This document shows, in pieces, positions 36,187 through 45,463 of a stretch of DNA of 64,000 nucleotides. The position numbers and the translations under genes are program-made. The notes below the pieces were generated by a model. It ran no database searches, was not told the origin of the DNA, and saw only the letters and a list, made by a program, of their open reading frames with translations. The stretch is from an uncultured Eubacteriales bacterium (lineage in GTDB: Bacteria; Bacillota; Clostridia; Oscillospirales; CAG-272). Location: NCBI GenBank assembly GCA_948467545.1, contig CAOKER010000006.1:66772-130771 (forward strand). Reading direction: 5' to 3'. Each line of letters starts with the position of its first letter. The stretch's first letter is position 1.

Positions 36187-36765
36187 TTATCTGACATTTC
36201 CCCTTGTAATTGTCACTCCTTTACACGTCAGACTTATTGTACTGAGCGAGGGCGTCAGCAATTCGTATCTGAGCCTTTTATCTTCCGTTACTGTCCATTC
36301 ATCGTAAGAATATTCGTCTATATCCGGATATCCCAAAGTTTCATCATTACGGATTTCCATACGAAAGTCCCTTACACCGTAAAAACCAAGTATATAATAA
36401 TCATCAACATGATATATTTCCAAATAAAAATGATCGTTCACTCTGTTTTTTGAGTTAACATATGAATATTTTGAAATATTCCAGTCATGAAATCTGCTCT
36501 CCCTTTCATGTATTCGAGTAAATTTTTTTGACAAAAGCTGTTTCGCTTTTTCGTATTCCATTTCATACAATGCGAAATTATTCGTCCATTCCATAATATA
36601 CGGATCATCTTTCGGCAGCCGTAAATTCTGCGTTCTGATCCACAGCTCCGGTTTGAAAAAACGAATTTTAATCACCTCCGATTTATTTGAATTTATAACT
36701 ATTTGAACAGCGGAGCGCAAAAAGGCAGCGCTTTCCGCTGATTCCGCATTTTCATTTTTCCGCAT
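36187..36765 (-). CDS. hypothetical cytoplasmic protein (start uncertain)
   Basis: ORF track. No motif recognised. The N-terminal ~40 aa look non-native, so the true start may be internal. Confidence 0.45.
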   Translation of the reverse strand: MRKNENAESAESAAFLRSAVQIVINSNKSEVIKIRFFKPELWIRTQNLRLPKDDPYIMEWTNNFALYEMEYEKAKQLLSKKFTRIHERESRFHDWNISKYSYVNSKNRVNDHFYLEIYHVDDYYILGFYGVRDFRMEIRNDETLGYPDIDEYSYDEWTVTEDKRLRYELLTPSLSTISLTCKGVTITRGNVR

Positions 36766-36812
36766 ACCTCAAAATTTCGCAAATGAACCGAGACGTAAAT
36801 ATGCTTTACGGT

Positions 36813-37217
36813 TTAAGGATCCTGATGTACAACGACAGCAACCCACTCTCCGTCTATCTTTTCTACCTCGATTTCCGAACCGATATTTGCAGAGCCGCAA
36901 ATACAAACGCCGCTCTTATCAAAAGTATTTATACTATAGCGAATCCAAAGACTGCCCTTTTTACTTCCGTGCCATGCCCAAACAGGTCTCATCTCCAATT
37001 CTACCCTATCGGCTTCATGTGCGTCGTATGAATAATACCAACCGTAAGCTTTCAATTCATCGGGAATATAAACATTTCCCTGAAGAATTCCCTTTGCATG
37101 AAAGTAAACACCGCTGAGAGAAATAAACATATACGCTTCAACTGCAATAAATGTCAAGACCGCTGCTGCCGGCACAATCAGAATTCTTTTCATTTTCTTT
37201 TTCATTTTCTTTTTCAT
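36813..37217 (-). CDS. small signal-anchored protein with MKKK-repeat N-terminus
   Basis: MKKKMKKKMKRILIVPAAAVLTFIAV. The C-terminal motif EIEVEKIDGEWVAVV is shared with 34009..34410. Confidence 0.55.
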   Translation of the reverse strand: MKKKMKKKMKRILIVPAAAVLTFIAVEAYMFISLSGVYFHAKGILQGNVYIPDELKAYGWYYSYDAHEADRVELEMRPVWAWHGSKKGSLWIRYSINTFDKSGVCICGSANIGSEIEVEKIDGEWVAVVVHQDP

Positions 37218-37225
37218 TTTCTTTT
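37191..37225. repeat. 12-nt tandem repeat (cattttcttttt x2 plus one 11-nt copy) across a gene start
   Basis: Units at 37191..37202, 37203..37214 and 37215..37225. Each unit encodes MKKK on the minus strand. Confidence 0.85.
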
Positions 37226-37749
37226 CATTTCACTTCCTCATTATATTCTCTTCTATGCGGTTCATAATCGAAAATACCGTCAAGACTGCTCATTATTCCG
37301 ACGTATGTATCCTCAAAAAGAATAATCCTTCGCCATAAACAACGGAGATTTTGTTTCGTGATAAGTAACAATAACCGAACAAAATCAAAATTTAAATAAA
37401 TTCCCGCATATGTCCGTTCATCAAGGCTTTTATAGCATACACCTATAACATCTTTATAGAGATTATACATTAAACAAGAAGCTGATAAGGCTATTACGCA
37501 GAAAATACTTCCTATAATCTTCATTGTAGAAAAGAAAAAAATACAAATGGTTACTGCAAAAAGAATTATGTATATTGCTACCCTTATATTGGGTATATAT
37601 CTTAACGACAAAACAACATCCGCAAATATCGACGACAGCGAAAACAATGCCGATATACACGCAAATATTATCAGAATTTTCTTTTCACTCTTTATTCCTA
37701 TCAGCAAAAATATAATCGAATATATTAAAAATATAATATCCAGAATCAT
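37225..37749 (-). CDS. 4-TM membrane protein (paralog of 35248..35781)
   Basis: ORF track. Four hydrophobic helices. The stop TGA overlaps an out-of-frame ATG (ATGA). Confidence 0.6.
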   Translation of the reverse strand: MILDIIFLIYSIIFLLIGIKSEKKILIIFACISALFSLSSIFADVVLSLRYIPNIRVAIYIILFAVTICIFFFSTMKIIGSIFCVIALSASCLMYNLYKDVIGVCYKSLDERTYAGIYLNFDFVRLLLLITKQNLRCLWRRIILFEDTYVGIMSSLDGIFDYEPHRREYNEEVK

Positions 37750-38015
37750 AATTGTTCCCTACATAGTTTTACCAACAAAAAAATTAACGACAATTTTTCG
37801 GTTTATTATACATAATTATATTATTTTTCCATTATTTTGTCAATGTTCTTTTACAATATTTTGTGTTACCGCAAAAAATCTGTATTATATGTCCGAAAAC
37901 AAAAATCCCGACAAACTCTGAGCTCCGCATTCGCGCGACTTTTTGAGTTCGCCGGGTACTTTTCATTTACCCTATAAGTTTTATATTTATTATGCACAGA
38001 ATCCAAAATCGTCGG

Positions 38016-38448
38016 TTAATCATACGATGTTCTTTCAAACCTTTTTCTGTATTCTCCGCCCCAGGGAGAATGATACCAATACGGCCAGACAAAACTGTCC
38101 GCATTTCCTCCGGCTTTAGTCCATACAGTATGACATCCGTCCTGCGGAATCCATTCATTATCTATGAATTTATATACAATCAGACTTCCGTATGAACCGG
38201 TCTCCCATTCGTTTATGTAATATACCTCCGCATAATCCTCGGTATACTTTTATAACCTTTGCCCAATCATAGTTGTCAACAAACCATTCAAATTCTGAAT
38301 ATCCCCTGAATGCTTCAATAAGCTCTTCTCCGTGCCGGTTTGTGTCAATTTCACATCTGATCAGCGCCGCAAACCACGGAAGCTGTATTACCAGCAGAAC
38401 CGTTACTGTTATCAATAATTTTTTCAAAATTCGCTCCTCATATAACAA
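38016..38448 (-). pseudogene. frameshifted small signal-anchored protein (or homopolymer sequencing error)
   Basis: The track ORF 38170..38448 turns to nonsense after ...DWAKVIK. The adjacent frame then reads KYTEDYAEVYYINEWETGSYGSLIVYKFIDNEWIPQDGCHTVWTKAGGNADSFVWPYWYHSPWGGEYRKRFERTSYD to TAA at 38016..38018. One extra A in the A4 run (plus-strand T4 at 38248..38251) restores a ~144-aa ORF. Confidence 0.6.
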
Positions 38449-38740
38449 ACCTAAACCTTATTATGATATACTAAATATTACTTGCCGACACAAGAAAAGA
38501 GACAAATGTCTCCGAACACTGTGAATCCATCCTCACAATTCACACTGCAAACGCATATACCGGTCGTCAATAAGGCGCAAAACGCCGTAACGAGCCGTCG
38601 GACGGCGAATCGTACTGCCCAACCGCCAATAATAAGAAATCCTATGAACTCCGCCGCATATAAAGCAGAGGATATCTTGCTTTACGTTATATTTAGCGAA
38701 TACAGTGCTTTACCTTTATATTCAGCGAATATAGTTTCGA

Positions 38741-39721
38741 TCAATAGAGTGAAATCAACCGTGACAGCAAGCTTTTTTCTGATACATAAATTTTCTCAAG
38801 AGTCAATTTCATCGCGGGTATTTTGTTCTTATCGTATTTTTTTGCATAATACAAACACATATTCCATAAGAATTTTGCGTCGGCCACTACCGAACTGTAA
38901 GCACTGCTTATAGAATCATTCATGCAAAAATACTCTTCGATTTTTTTGATACGTTCCAACATAAACTGTTTATGCTCCAAAATCATCTTAAAAGGACGCA
39001 ATTCAAAATAAAATACATCCGAATCTTTGTCATGAAACATTTCAATATATTTTATTAGATATTTATGAACGATAATTCCATAGGCGGTTGTGTTTTCTTC
39101 CAAACTATTATTTGTTATCGGCGGATCAAGATGCTCCTGAATTTTGGTTTTTATTATATACGGATCAAATTCTATGTTAATTTGCATTGGTTTCATAGCA
39201 ATAAGACAACCGCAACTTCCCATTTTTTCGGTCGATTTTCTCGCTCTTTCGAGACATATCTGAGGCATTTGAAATACACGGTATCGCATATTAACATCAT
39301 ATGCATATACGCTATACGTTTTTTCAATTTGGTTATATCCGCAAATCAGCCCGTCATGCAGATAATGCTTATTATGATATCCATATCTCCCTTTCATATA
39401 ATAATCATCTATCGCTCCAAAATAGACATAATATCCTTTGTCTATCATATTCCTTATAACGCGGTTAACCGAGCCGTCGAGAAAAGTAAGCAAAATTTTT
39501 TGACGCTCTATAAACGGATTGTCTTCCGGTCCTGACTGACATACATCCACATGAGGCTGAAAGAAACCGGAAGGGTTCTCGTCTTGTACAGACAAAACCA
39601 TAGAATTATTTAAATACCAATTTCTCATGCTGCCGTTACTATATAATATGGATGTCACTGTCCCCTGTCCATGACTGACACTGTAAATAGGTGAAACTAG
39701 CGGAAGATTAACATTTTTCAT
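38741..39721 (-). CDS. uncharacterised 326-aa protein, divergent third member of paralog family X (BtrH_N/DUF4872-like?)
   Basis: GYYVYFGAIDDYYMKGRYGYHNKHYLHDGLICGYNQ and FELRPFKMILEHKQFMLERIKKI align with GEYIFCCPNEGYF...DFDHECLLWGLDYE and IDMRYIRSFLEHKHLMNLRLKYL of the island-1 proteins. Confidence 0.5.
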   Translation of the reverse strand: MKNVNLPLVSPIYSVSHGQGTVTSILYSNGSMRNWYLNNSMVLSVQDENPSGFFQPHVDVCQSGPEDNPFIERQKILLTFLDGSVNRVIRNMIDKGYYVYFGAIDDYYMKGRYGYHNKHYLHDGLICGYNQIEKTYSVYAYDVNMRYRVFQMPQICLERARKSTEKMGSCGCLIAMKPMQINIEFDPYIIKTKIQEHLDPPITNNSLEENTTAYGIIVHKYLIKYIEMFHDKDSDVFYFELRPFKMILEHKQFMLERIKKIEEYFCMNDSISSAYSSVVADAKFLWNMCLYYAKKYDKNKIPAMKLTLEKIYVSEKSLLSRLISLY

Positions 39722-39844
39722 TTGTTTTATATCCTTTCATCTGATGCAAAACGGATAATTTATTATAAATGCTCTTAAATATCGGATATTTTCGGATTTA
39801 TCTTCTATCATTCAGGTATAATATTCCGCTTGATATTCTATTAT

Positions 39845-41662
39845 TCAGGTATAATATTCGGATTGAGAATTCCATAAAGCTTTATATAACCCACCATCAC
39901 GTTTTAAAAGCTCTTCATGCCCTCCCTGCTCTGCAATGCAGCCGTCTGAGATAACTATAATTTTATCACAAAATCTGCATGATGACAGCCTGTGTGATAT
40001 ATATATTGCAGTTTGCCCATCTATAATTTCCTGAAACTTTGAATAAATCTCATATTCGGCAATAGGATCAAGCGCCGATGTGGGTTCGTCAAGTATTACG
40101 CATTTGGAATTATTATAAATCGCTCTTGCCAATGCAATTTTCTGAGCCTCGCCGCCTGATATTTCAACTCCGCTGTTATCATAATGGCGATACAGATAGG
40201 TATCTACACCATCCGGTAATTCATTGAATTTATCACCGAATCCGCATTTTTCAAGACATTCCTTTGCCCGCAGTTCATCGATAGGTTCTCCGAAAGAGAG
40301 GTTTTCGCCAAGGGTAAACGCAAATATTTTAAAGTCCTGAAAAACAACTCCGAGCATTTTTACATATTCATCATAAGAGTAGCTCCAAATATCAGCCCCG
40401 TTTAATAAAATCTTTCCCTCACACGGCTTATACAGCCGGCACAGCAATTTTACTATTGTTGTTTTTCCGGAGCCGTTTAATCCCACCAGCGCTACTTTTT
40501 CTCCCGGAGTAATTTCAAATGTTACATCTTTCAAAACATATATTTCGGCGCCCGGATATTTGAACGCCACATTCTCAAATTTGATCGAACAACACTTCTC
40601 ATCGCTTATTACAGCGGTTTTTGCGTTTTCAGTTGTCTTTTCTTCCGGAAGATCCAAAAATTCAAAATATTTTTCAAGATATTTATTATTGTACAGCAAT
40701 GATTTTGTTTGACTGATTAAATCCCCGAAAACACCGACAAGCATAACCGACGTAGTAACATACTTAGATATGCTTCCGATTGTGATACTTCCCACAACAC
40801 ATCCGTAAATTGCAACAATATAGAGTATGACGGAAAGCAAACCCAATGCGGTTTGTACGATTATATTTTTTTTAACTATTTTCGTTTGTGTTTCAATTAA
40901 TATTCCGTTGCCCCTGTCAAGTTCTTTTGAATGCGTATTGTGAATAAAATCCTCAAGATGGAAAATGCGAATGTCCTTCCCCGATTGATAATTCTCATAC
41001 AAATCTGTATAATAATTGCAAATTTCATTATGCTTTACCAATTTGTCGTACATACCAAAACGCATAGACTGAATCTTTCCTTCGGTAAGATACTTGATAA
41101 AAACAACAGCAATAATTCCGAATATGCAGAGTATTCTCAATCCTGCAGAAAATTCACTCGAAAGCAAAAATTCGCACAAAAGGGAAAAAGCGTAAACTAT
41201 ATTGGAAATACTGGATATTAATCTTGTGATAAACATATTAAAATAATGCAGGTTAAACCCGTTTTGATTCGTAGAATCTATATATGTTGTAAGAGCATGA
41301 ATCTCATTACTTTCCAAGAGCTCATACTTCATCTTCATTGACTTATCTGTCCGTATCATTCTCTCATTTGTAATAAAATAATTGTACCTGAGATCCTTCA
41401 TACGGTTCAGCCAAGCCATAGCCATGGAAAATAACGCATTAAACAAAAGGAGAAACAAGACAATACCCCAAGTTCTTTTTTGATTAATGCTGTCTTCCGC
41501 CAGTGAGTCGATCAACATAGCGGAAACATAAATATCAACATATGCCTGTATCGGGCTGACGACAGAAATGAAAATATTTTGAACAGTATATACCGCGTCC
41601 ATCCTCAGCAGTGTTTTCAAACCGCGAAGAATAAGCCGTATATTCTTTTGTATTTTTTTCAT
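39845..41662 (-). CDS. ABC exporter, fused permease/ATPase
   Basis: Walker A GLNGSGKTT, signature ISGGEAQK, Walker B VILDEPTSALD. No N-terminal C39 peptidase domain. Confidence 0.85.
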   Translation of the reverse strand: MKKIQKNIRLILRGLKTLLRMDAVYTVQNIFISVVSPIQAYVDIYVSAMLIDSLAEDSINQKRTWGIVLFLLLFNALFSMAMAWLNRMKDLRYNYFITNERMIRTDKSMKMKYELLESNEIHALTTYIDSTNQNGFNLHYFNMFITRLISSISNIVYAFSLLCEFLLSSEFSAGLRILCIFGIIAVVFIKYLTEGKIQSMRFGMYDKLVKHNEICNYYTDLYENYQSGKDIRIFHLEDFIHNTHSKELDRGNGILIETQTKIVKKNIIVQTALGLLSVILYIVAIYGCVVGSITIGSISKYVTTSVMLVGVFGDLISQTKSLLYNNKYLEKYFEFLDLPEEKTTENAKTAVISDEKCCSIKFENVAFKYPGAEIYVLKDVTFEITPGEKVALVGLNGSGKTTIVKLLCRLYKPCEGKILLNGADIWSYSYDEYVKMLGVVFQDFKIFAFTLGENLSFGEPIDELRAKECLEKCGFGDKFNELPDGVDTYLYRHYDNSGVEISGGEAQKIALARAIYNNSKCVILDEPTSALDPIAEYEIYSKFQEIIDGQTAIYISHRLSSCRFCDKIIVISDGCIAEQGGHEELLKRDGGLYKALWNSQSEYYT

Positions 41663-41795
41663 TTTTTAATATCTCCTTTCGTATGAGATAAAAGCCATCG
41701 CCGATTTCGATTCATCAAAATGCAGGTCTGTCCCACCGGCAAGGTATAAAACTTTTGACTGTTTTGACTGGAAGATCAAACCTTCATTGCAATTC

Positions 41796-43607
41796 TTATA
41801 CATAATAAGCGCTTTGCTTCTCAAACATTTCGCTGTATAAGCCGCCTGCTTTTACCAGTTCATCATGCGTTCCGACCTCGGCAATCTCTCCGTGATTCAT
41901 GACAAATATTCTGTCACAAAATTGAGCGGACGCCAGCCTGTGAGAAATATATATTGTTGTTTTTCCTTTTGAAAGCTCTGCATACTTCTGATACAGTTCT
42001 CTTTCTGCTATCGCGTCCAAAGCGGCAGTAGGCTCATCCAAAATCAAAATCGGAGCATTTCTGTATATAGCTCTTGCAATCAAAAGCTTCTGCTTTTCAC
42101 CGCCTGATAAATCTACTCCGTTCTCATTCATCTGCTTGTTGAGTTTTGTATGTATGCCGTCGTCTAACGACATAACCTTATCGTATAGGCCCACCATTTT
42201 TAATGCCCATTCCACTCGCTCCGTATCCGATTCATCCTCAGCCATACATGAAATATTGCTCATTATGGACAGCGGCAAAAAGGTAAAGTCCTGAAAAACT
42301 GCTGAAAACATTGAATAGTATTTGTATATGTTATATTCCTTCATATCTTTTCCGTTTACATAAACATTTCCGTGAGTCGGAGTATACAGACCGCACAAAA
42401 CCTTTACAAGCGTTGTTTTTCCCGCCCCGTTTAAACCGACTATGGATATGTTTTCACCCGGTTTTATATCAAAAGATATATTTTTTAATGTATTATCATC
42501 AGCAGATATATATTTATAATCCAAATTTTCAACTTTTATCGCGCATCCTTCATTGATTGCAGATACATCCGCACCGTCCGACCTATTCCCTTTTTCGGCA
42601 TAGTTTACAAATTCTCTGTAATCGTTCAACTGAAAACTGATTCCGCTCATATCTGTAAATGTACTGATAATTCCGCCTATCATTGACGCATAGCTTCCGA
42701 CCGCGCCAAGATAGAACACAAAATTGTCAACGGTAATTTGACTCTGTAAAGCCATTGAAATCAAAATAAAATATGCAAATCCGTCACGCAGCAAAATCAG
42801 CAGTATATCGGCAAAGTTGGAGAGAAAGTTTTTCCGCGCGACCTTGATATTCCAACTCATTCGCCTCTTCATGGTATCCCTGTACTTTTGAATAATCCAA
42901 TCGGACAAGCCGTATATTCTTATATCTTTAGACGCATCAAACGAGCTCCCTATATTCGCAATATACCATAGGCGTTTATCCAGCACCGACATTTCTTCTT
43001 TGTTTTTAAACTGGAACTTTTGCACATATCTCGCCGTAAAAAAGTTAAGAATCGGCATAATCGTAAGATACACCACAAGAAAAGGATTTGCAAATGACAA
43101 AACTGCGGAAAACAGGAAATATTTTAATACGTTTGTGATCAGGCTGTTTAAATCGACCGAGATTCTTTCAACCGCTGAAATTCCTCCGCTCTGCCACAGT
43201 ATCTGATCGGAGCGATCCATCAACGTACGGAATTCCTGAGACTCTATGTTTTCATAGTCGGTCGACAAACATTTTCTCATTTTATTTTTAATCATATGAT
43301 TTAAAAAAAACATTGAAGATACAGACTGCTTGTTTCCGATTAGAGACGACAATATTTGACAAATAATCATCACGAAGAATATACATACAAAGCGTACTGT
43401 GAAGACCTTATAATCCGATTGTGACATGGCCGCCTGAACCGCAAGCTTGGGCACATATATGCCTAAAAAGGCTATTGCCAAATCGAAAGGTATTGTCGTC
43501 AGCAACCATACCAAAGACATTTTGTTGAATTTTAACTGCATCTTTAAAACATATACAATATTATTAAACAGTGAATATTTCGGTTTAACGGTTGTTTTTT
43601 CTTTCAC
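41796..43607 (-). CDS. ABC exporter, fused permease/ATPase
   Basis: Walker A GLNGAGKTT, signature LSGGEKQK, Walker B LILDEPTAALD. No C39 domain. Confidence 0.85.
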   Translation of the reverse strand: MKEKTTVKPKYSLFNNIVYVLKMQLKFNKMSLVWLLTTIPFDLAIAFLGIYVPKLAVQAAMSQSDYKVFTVRFVCIFFVMIICQILSSLIGNKQSVSSMFFLNHMIKNKMRKCLSTDYENIESQEFRTLMDRSDQILWQSGGISAVERISVDLNSLITNVLKYFLFSAVLSFANPFLVVYLTIMPILNFFTARYVQKFQFKNKEEMSVLDKRLWYIANIGSSFDASKDIRIYGLSDWIIQKYRDTMKRRMSWNIKVARKNFLSNFADILLILLRDGFAYFILISMALQSQITVDNFVFYLGAVGSYASMIGGIISTFTDMSGISFQLNDYREFVNYAEKGNRSDGADVSAINEGCAIKVENLDYKYISADDNTLKNISFDIKPGENISIVGLNGAGKTTLVKVLCGLYTPTHGNVYVNGKDMKEYNIYKYYSMFSAVFQDFTFLPLSIMSNISCMAEDESDTERVEWALKMVGLYDKVMSLDDGIHTKLNKQMNENGVDLSGGEKQKLLIARAIYRNAPILILDEPTAALDAIAERELYQKYAELSKGKTTIYISHRLASAQFCDRIFVMNHGEIAEVGTHDELVKAGGLYSEMFEKQSAYYV

Positions 43608-43662
43608 TTAATATACACCCCTTCGGCAATAAATAAGATGCAGCTGAATAAACGGCAATTTA

Positions 43663-45459
43663 TTATGTAAAATATTCAATTATCTCTTCCGCCATTCCGG
43701 ATTTTTCATCCTCATCGTCGAGAATAAAAACAGAAATTGAAAACTCGTCTTTGAGTATTTTTTTAAAATTTAACAAATCATCGATATCCGCACGAACAGA
43801 TAAAGTTCCCAGTGTATTCCATTTTACGGTTTTTAAAATCGGGAAAATTGCAATCCCGATAACATCTGATATTACAATACTTTCCAAGTAACGAATTGTT
43901 CTTCTGATATAATCAATATCATCGAAAATATTAACGACAAGTATGACAGCGTCCGGATTTACACCAAGAAGAAAAAAATGATTTGTAAGTGCCATATCCC
44001 GTACATTACATACTTGCATGGGAATAGTCTGTGATTGAAGCCCTGTAATAATTATATCCGGATTAATGTCTTCAATTGCTCCAAGAACATGATTTACCGC
44101 TGCAATCATCTCAATTCCGTTATCGACTTTGACAGTTGAATTATAGCCCATCGGAAATACCATATCTGCTCCCAACAAATATCCGGAAGGTTCGGTAGCC
44201 AATAATCCGACATTAATGCCTCTTTTCCTCAGCAATCTTTTAATATCCAGTTGAAGACTGTATTTTCCTTGTCTTGGTGAAGTACCCGCAATACATAATA
44301 TAGGCTTTCCAATTTGCCTAAGCTTCCCGTTATAATTATTAGGTATGTTATCTTGTGTAATCTGTGGAGTATAGCAAGCAACAGCCCCGAACTTTTCCGA
44401 ATATACAGATACATCATCAAAAGAGTAAATTTTTTTGCCATATTCCGCACATTTTTTTACAATATAATTACTGTAATTAAAACGCGATAATTTATTTATT
44501 TCATCCAAATGCCCTAAAATAACCGTATCAAAATCATCTTCCCAATTAATATGATCTACATTTTGAATTAATATTTCTGGTTCTCGATTAACGCTTTTAC
44601 CAATATTTTTCAAATATTTAATGTCGTATACACCTACAATGGTGGGAATAATATCATTATAGTGCAATAACATAGTCGAAATTTCTTTGTTATACGGAAA
44701 CATAATAGCTTTATTTATATCAAACGGCAATTTGACCGGTAATGGCTCTGCTGCTTCTAATACCTTTATAGATTTATTCATCAGCATGATATGCAATTCA
44801 TCTAAAGGAATTCTGCCGCCTCTATATATAAACATATTGGCAATAATTCCGGTAATATATGGAGCGCTGAAGCTTGAGCCAAAAACATCAATGTATTTAG
44901 CTCCTATTCCTTTCAACCGCTGTGCTGTTCCGATGGCCGAAATATTAATCGGAGAATTTTTTATATAGTAAAATTCATTTCTTTTTACACATTGTGAATT
45001 GCTATCGACTCCAATTACAAACGGAAACGCAGCGGGATACGACAATGCCCCGTTATTATCATAAGACGATATTATCACACATCCATTATCGCAAAGTTCT
45101 TTACAAATGCCGCGCAATTCAAATATCTGATCACAAAAAGATACACCGAGACTTAAATGTATAATATCCGGTTTCACATTTTCAAGTAAATATTTTAATC
45201 CATATATTAACTTTTCCGTAGTTATTTCTTCGATTTCATCATCGAATAATTTTAGTATGAACAGCGATGCATCGGGAACGAAAGTTTTAATGATATTTGT
45301 AACCACAGTTCCATGTCCAGTATGATCTTGGAAATCGCTTAATAATTGAAAGCCATCGTTATCTCCATTTGGAACTATGGAAAGTCCCTCATAATTACAA
45401 ATATCATCAACCCCGCTGTCTATTATGGCTATTCTTACCGAATAAGCTTTATCCGACAT
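43663..45459 (-). CDS. S8 (subtilisin-like) serine peptidase fused to a C-terminal P-loop (DUF1611-like) domain
   Basis: Triad contexts IAIIDSGVD (Asp), HTGHGTVVT (His) and GSSFSAPYITG (Ser). The C-terminal third has a Walker-A-like CIAGTSPRQGKYSL followed by ...LATEPSGYLLGAD..., reminiscent of DUF1611. Confidence 0.7.
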   Translation of the reverse strand: MSDKAYSVRIAIIDSGVDDICNYEGLSIVPNGDNDGFQLLSDFQDHTGHGTVVTNIIKTFVPDASLFILKLFDDEIEEITTEKLIYGLKYLLENVKPDIIHLSLGVSFCDQIFELRGICKELCDNGCVIISSYDNNGALSYPAAFPFVIGVDSNSQCVKRNEFYYIKNSPINISAIGTAQRLKGIGAKYIDVFGSSFSAPYITGIIANMFIYRGGRIPLDELHIMLMNKSIKVLEAAEPLPVKLPFDINKAIMFPYNKEISTMLLHYNDIIPTIVGVYDIKYLKNIGKSVNREPEILIQNVDHINWEDDFDTVILGHLDEINKLSRFNYSNYIVKKCAEYGKKIYSFDDVSVYSEKFGAVACYTPQITQDNIPNNYNGKLRQIGKPILCIAGTSPRQGKYSLQLDIKRLLRKRGINVGLLATEPSGYLLGADMVFPMGYNSTVKVDNGIEMIAAVNHVLGAIEDINPDIIITGLQSQTIPMQVCNVRDMALTNHFFLLGVNPDAVILVVNIFDDIDYIRRTIRYLESIVISDVIGIAIFPILKTVKWNTLGTLSVRADIDDLLNFKKILKDEFSISVFILDDEDEKSGMAEEIIEYFT

Positions 45460-45463
45460 GCCG

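Noticed and set aside
37967-38158. Track ORF of 63 aa (MNGFRRTDVILYGL...).
   Set aside because: It overlaps, in a different frame, the much more protein-like continuation of the frameshifted gene 38016..38448.
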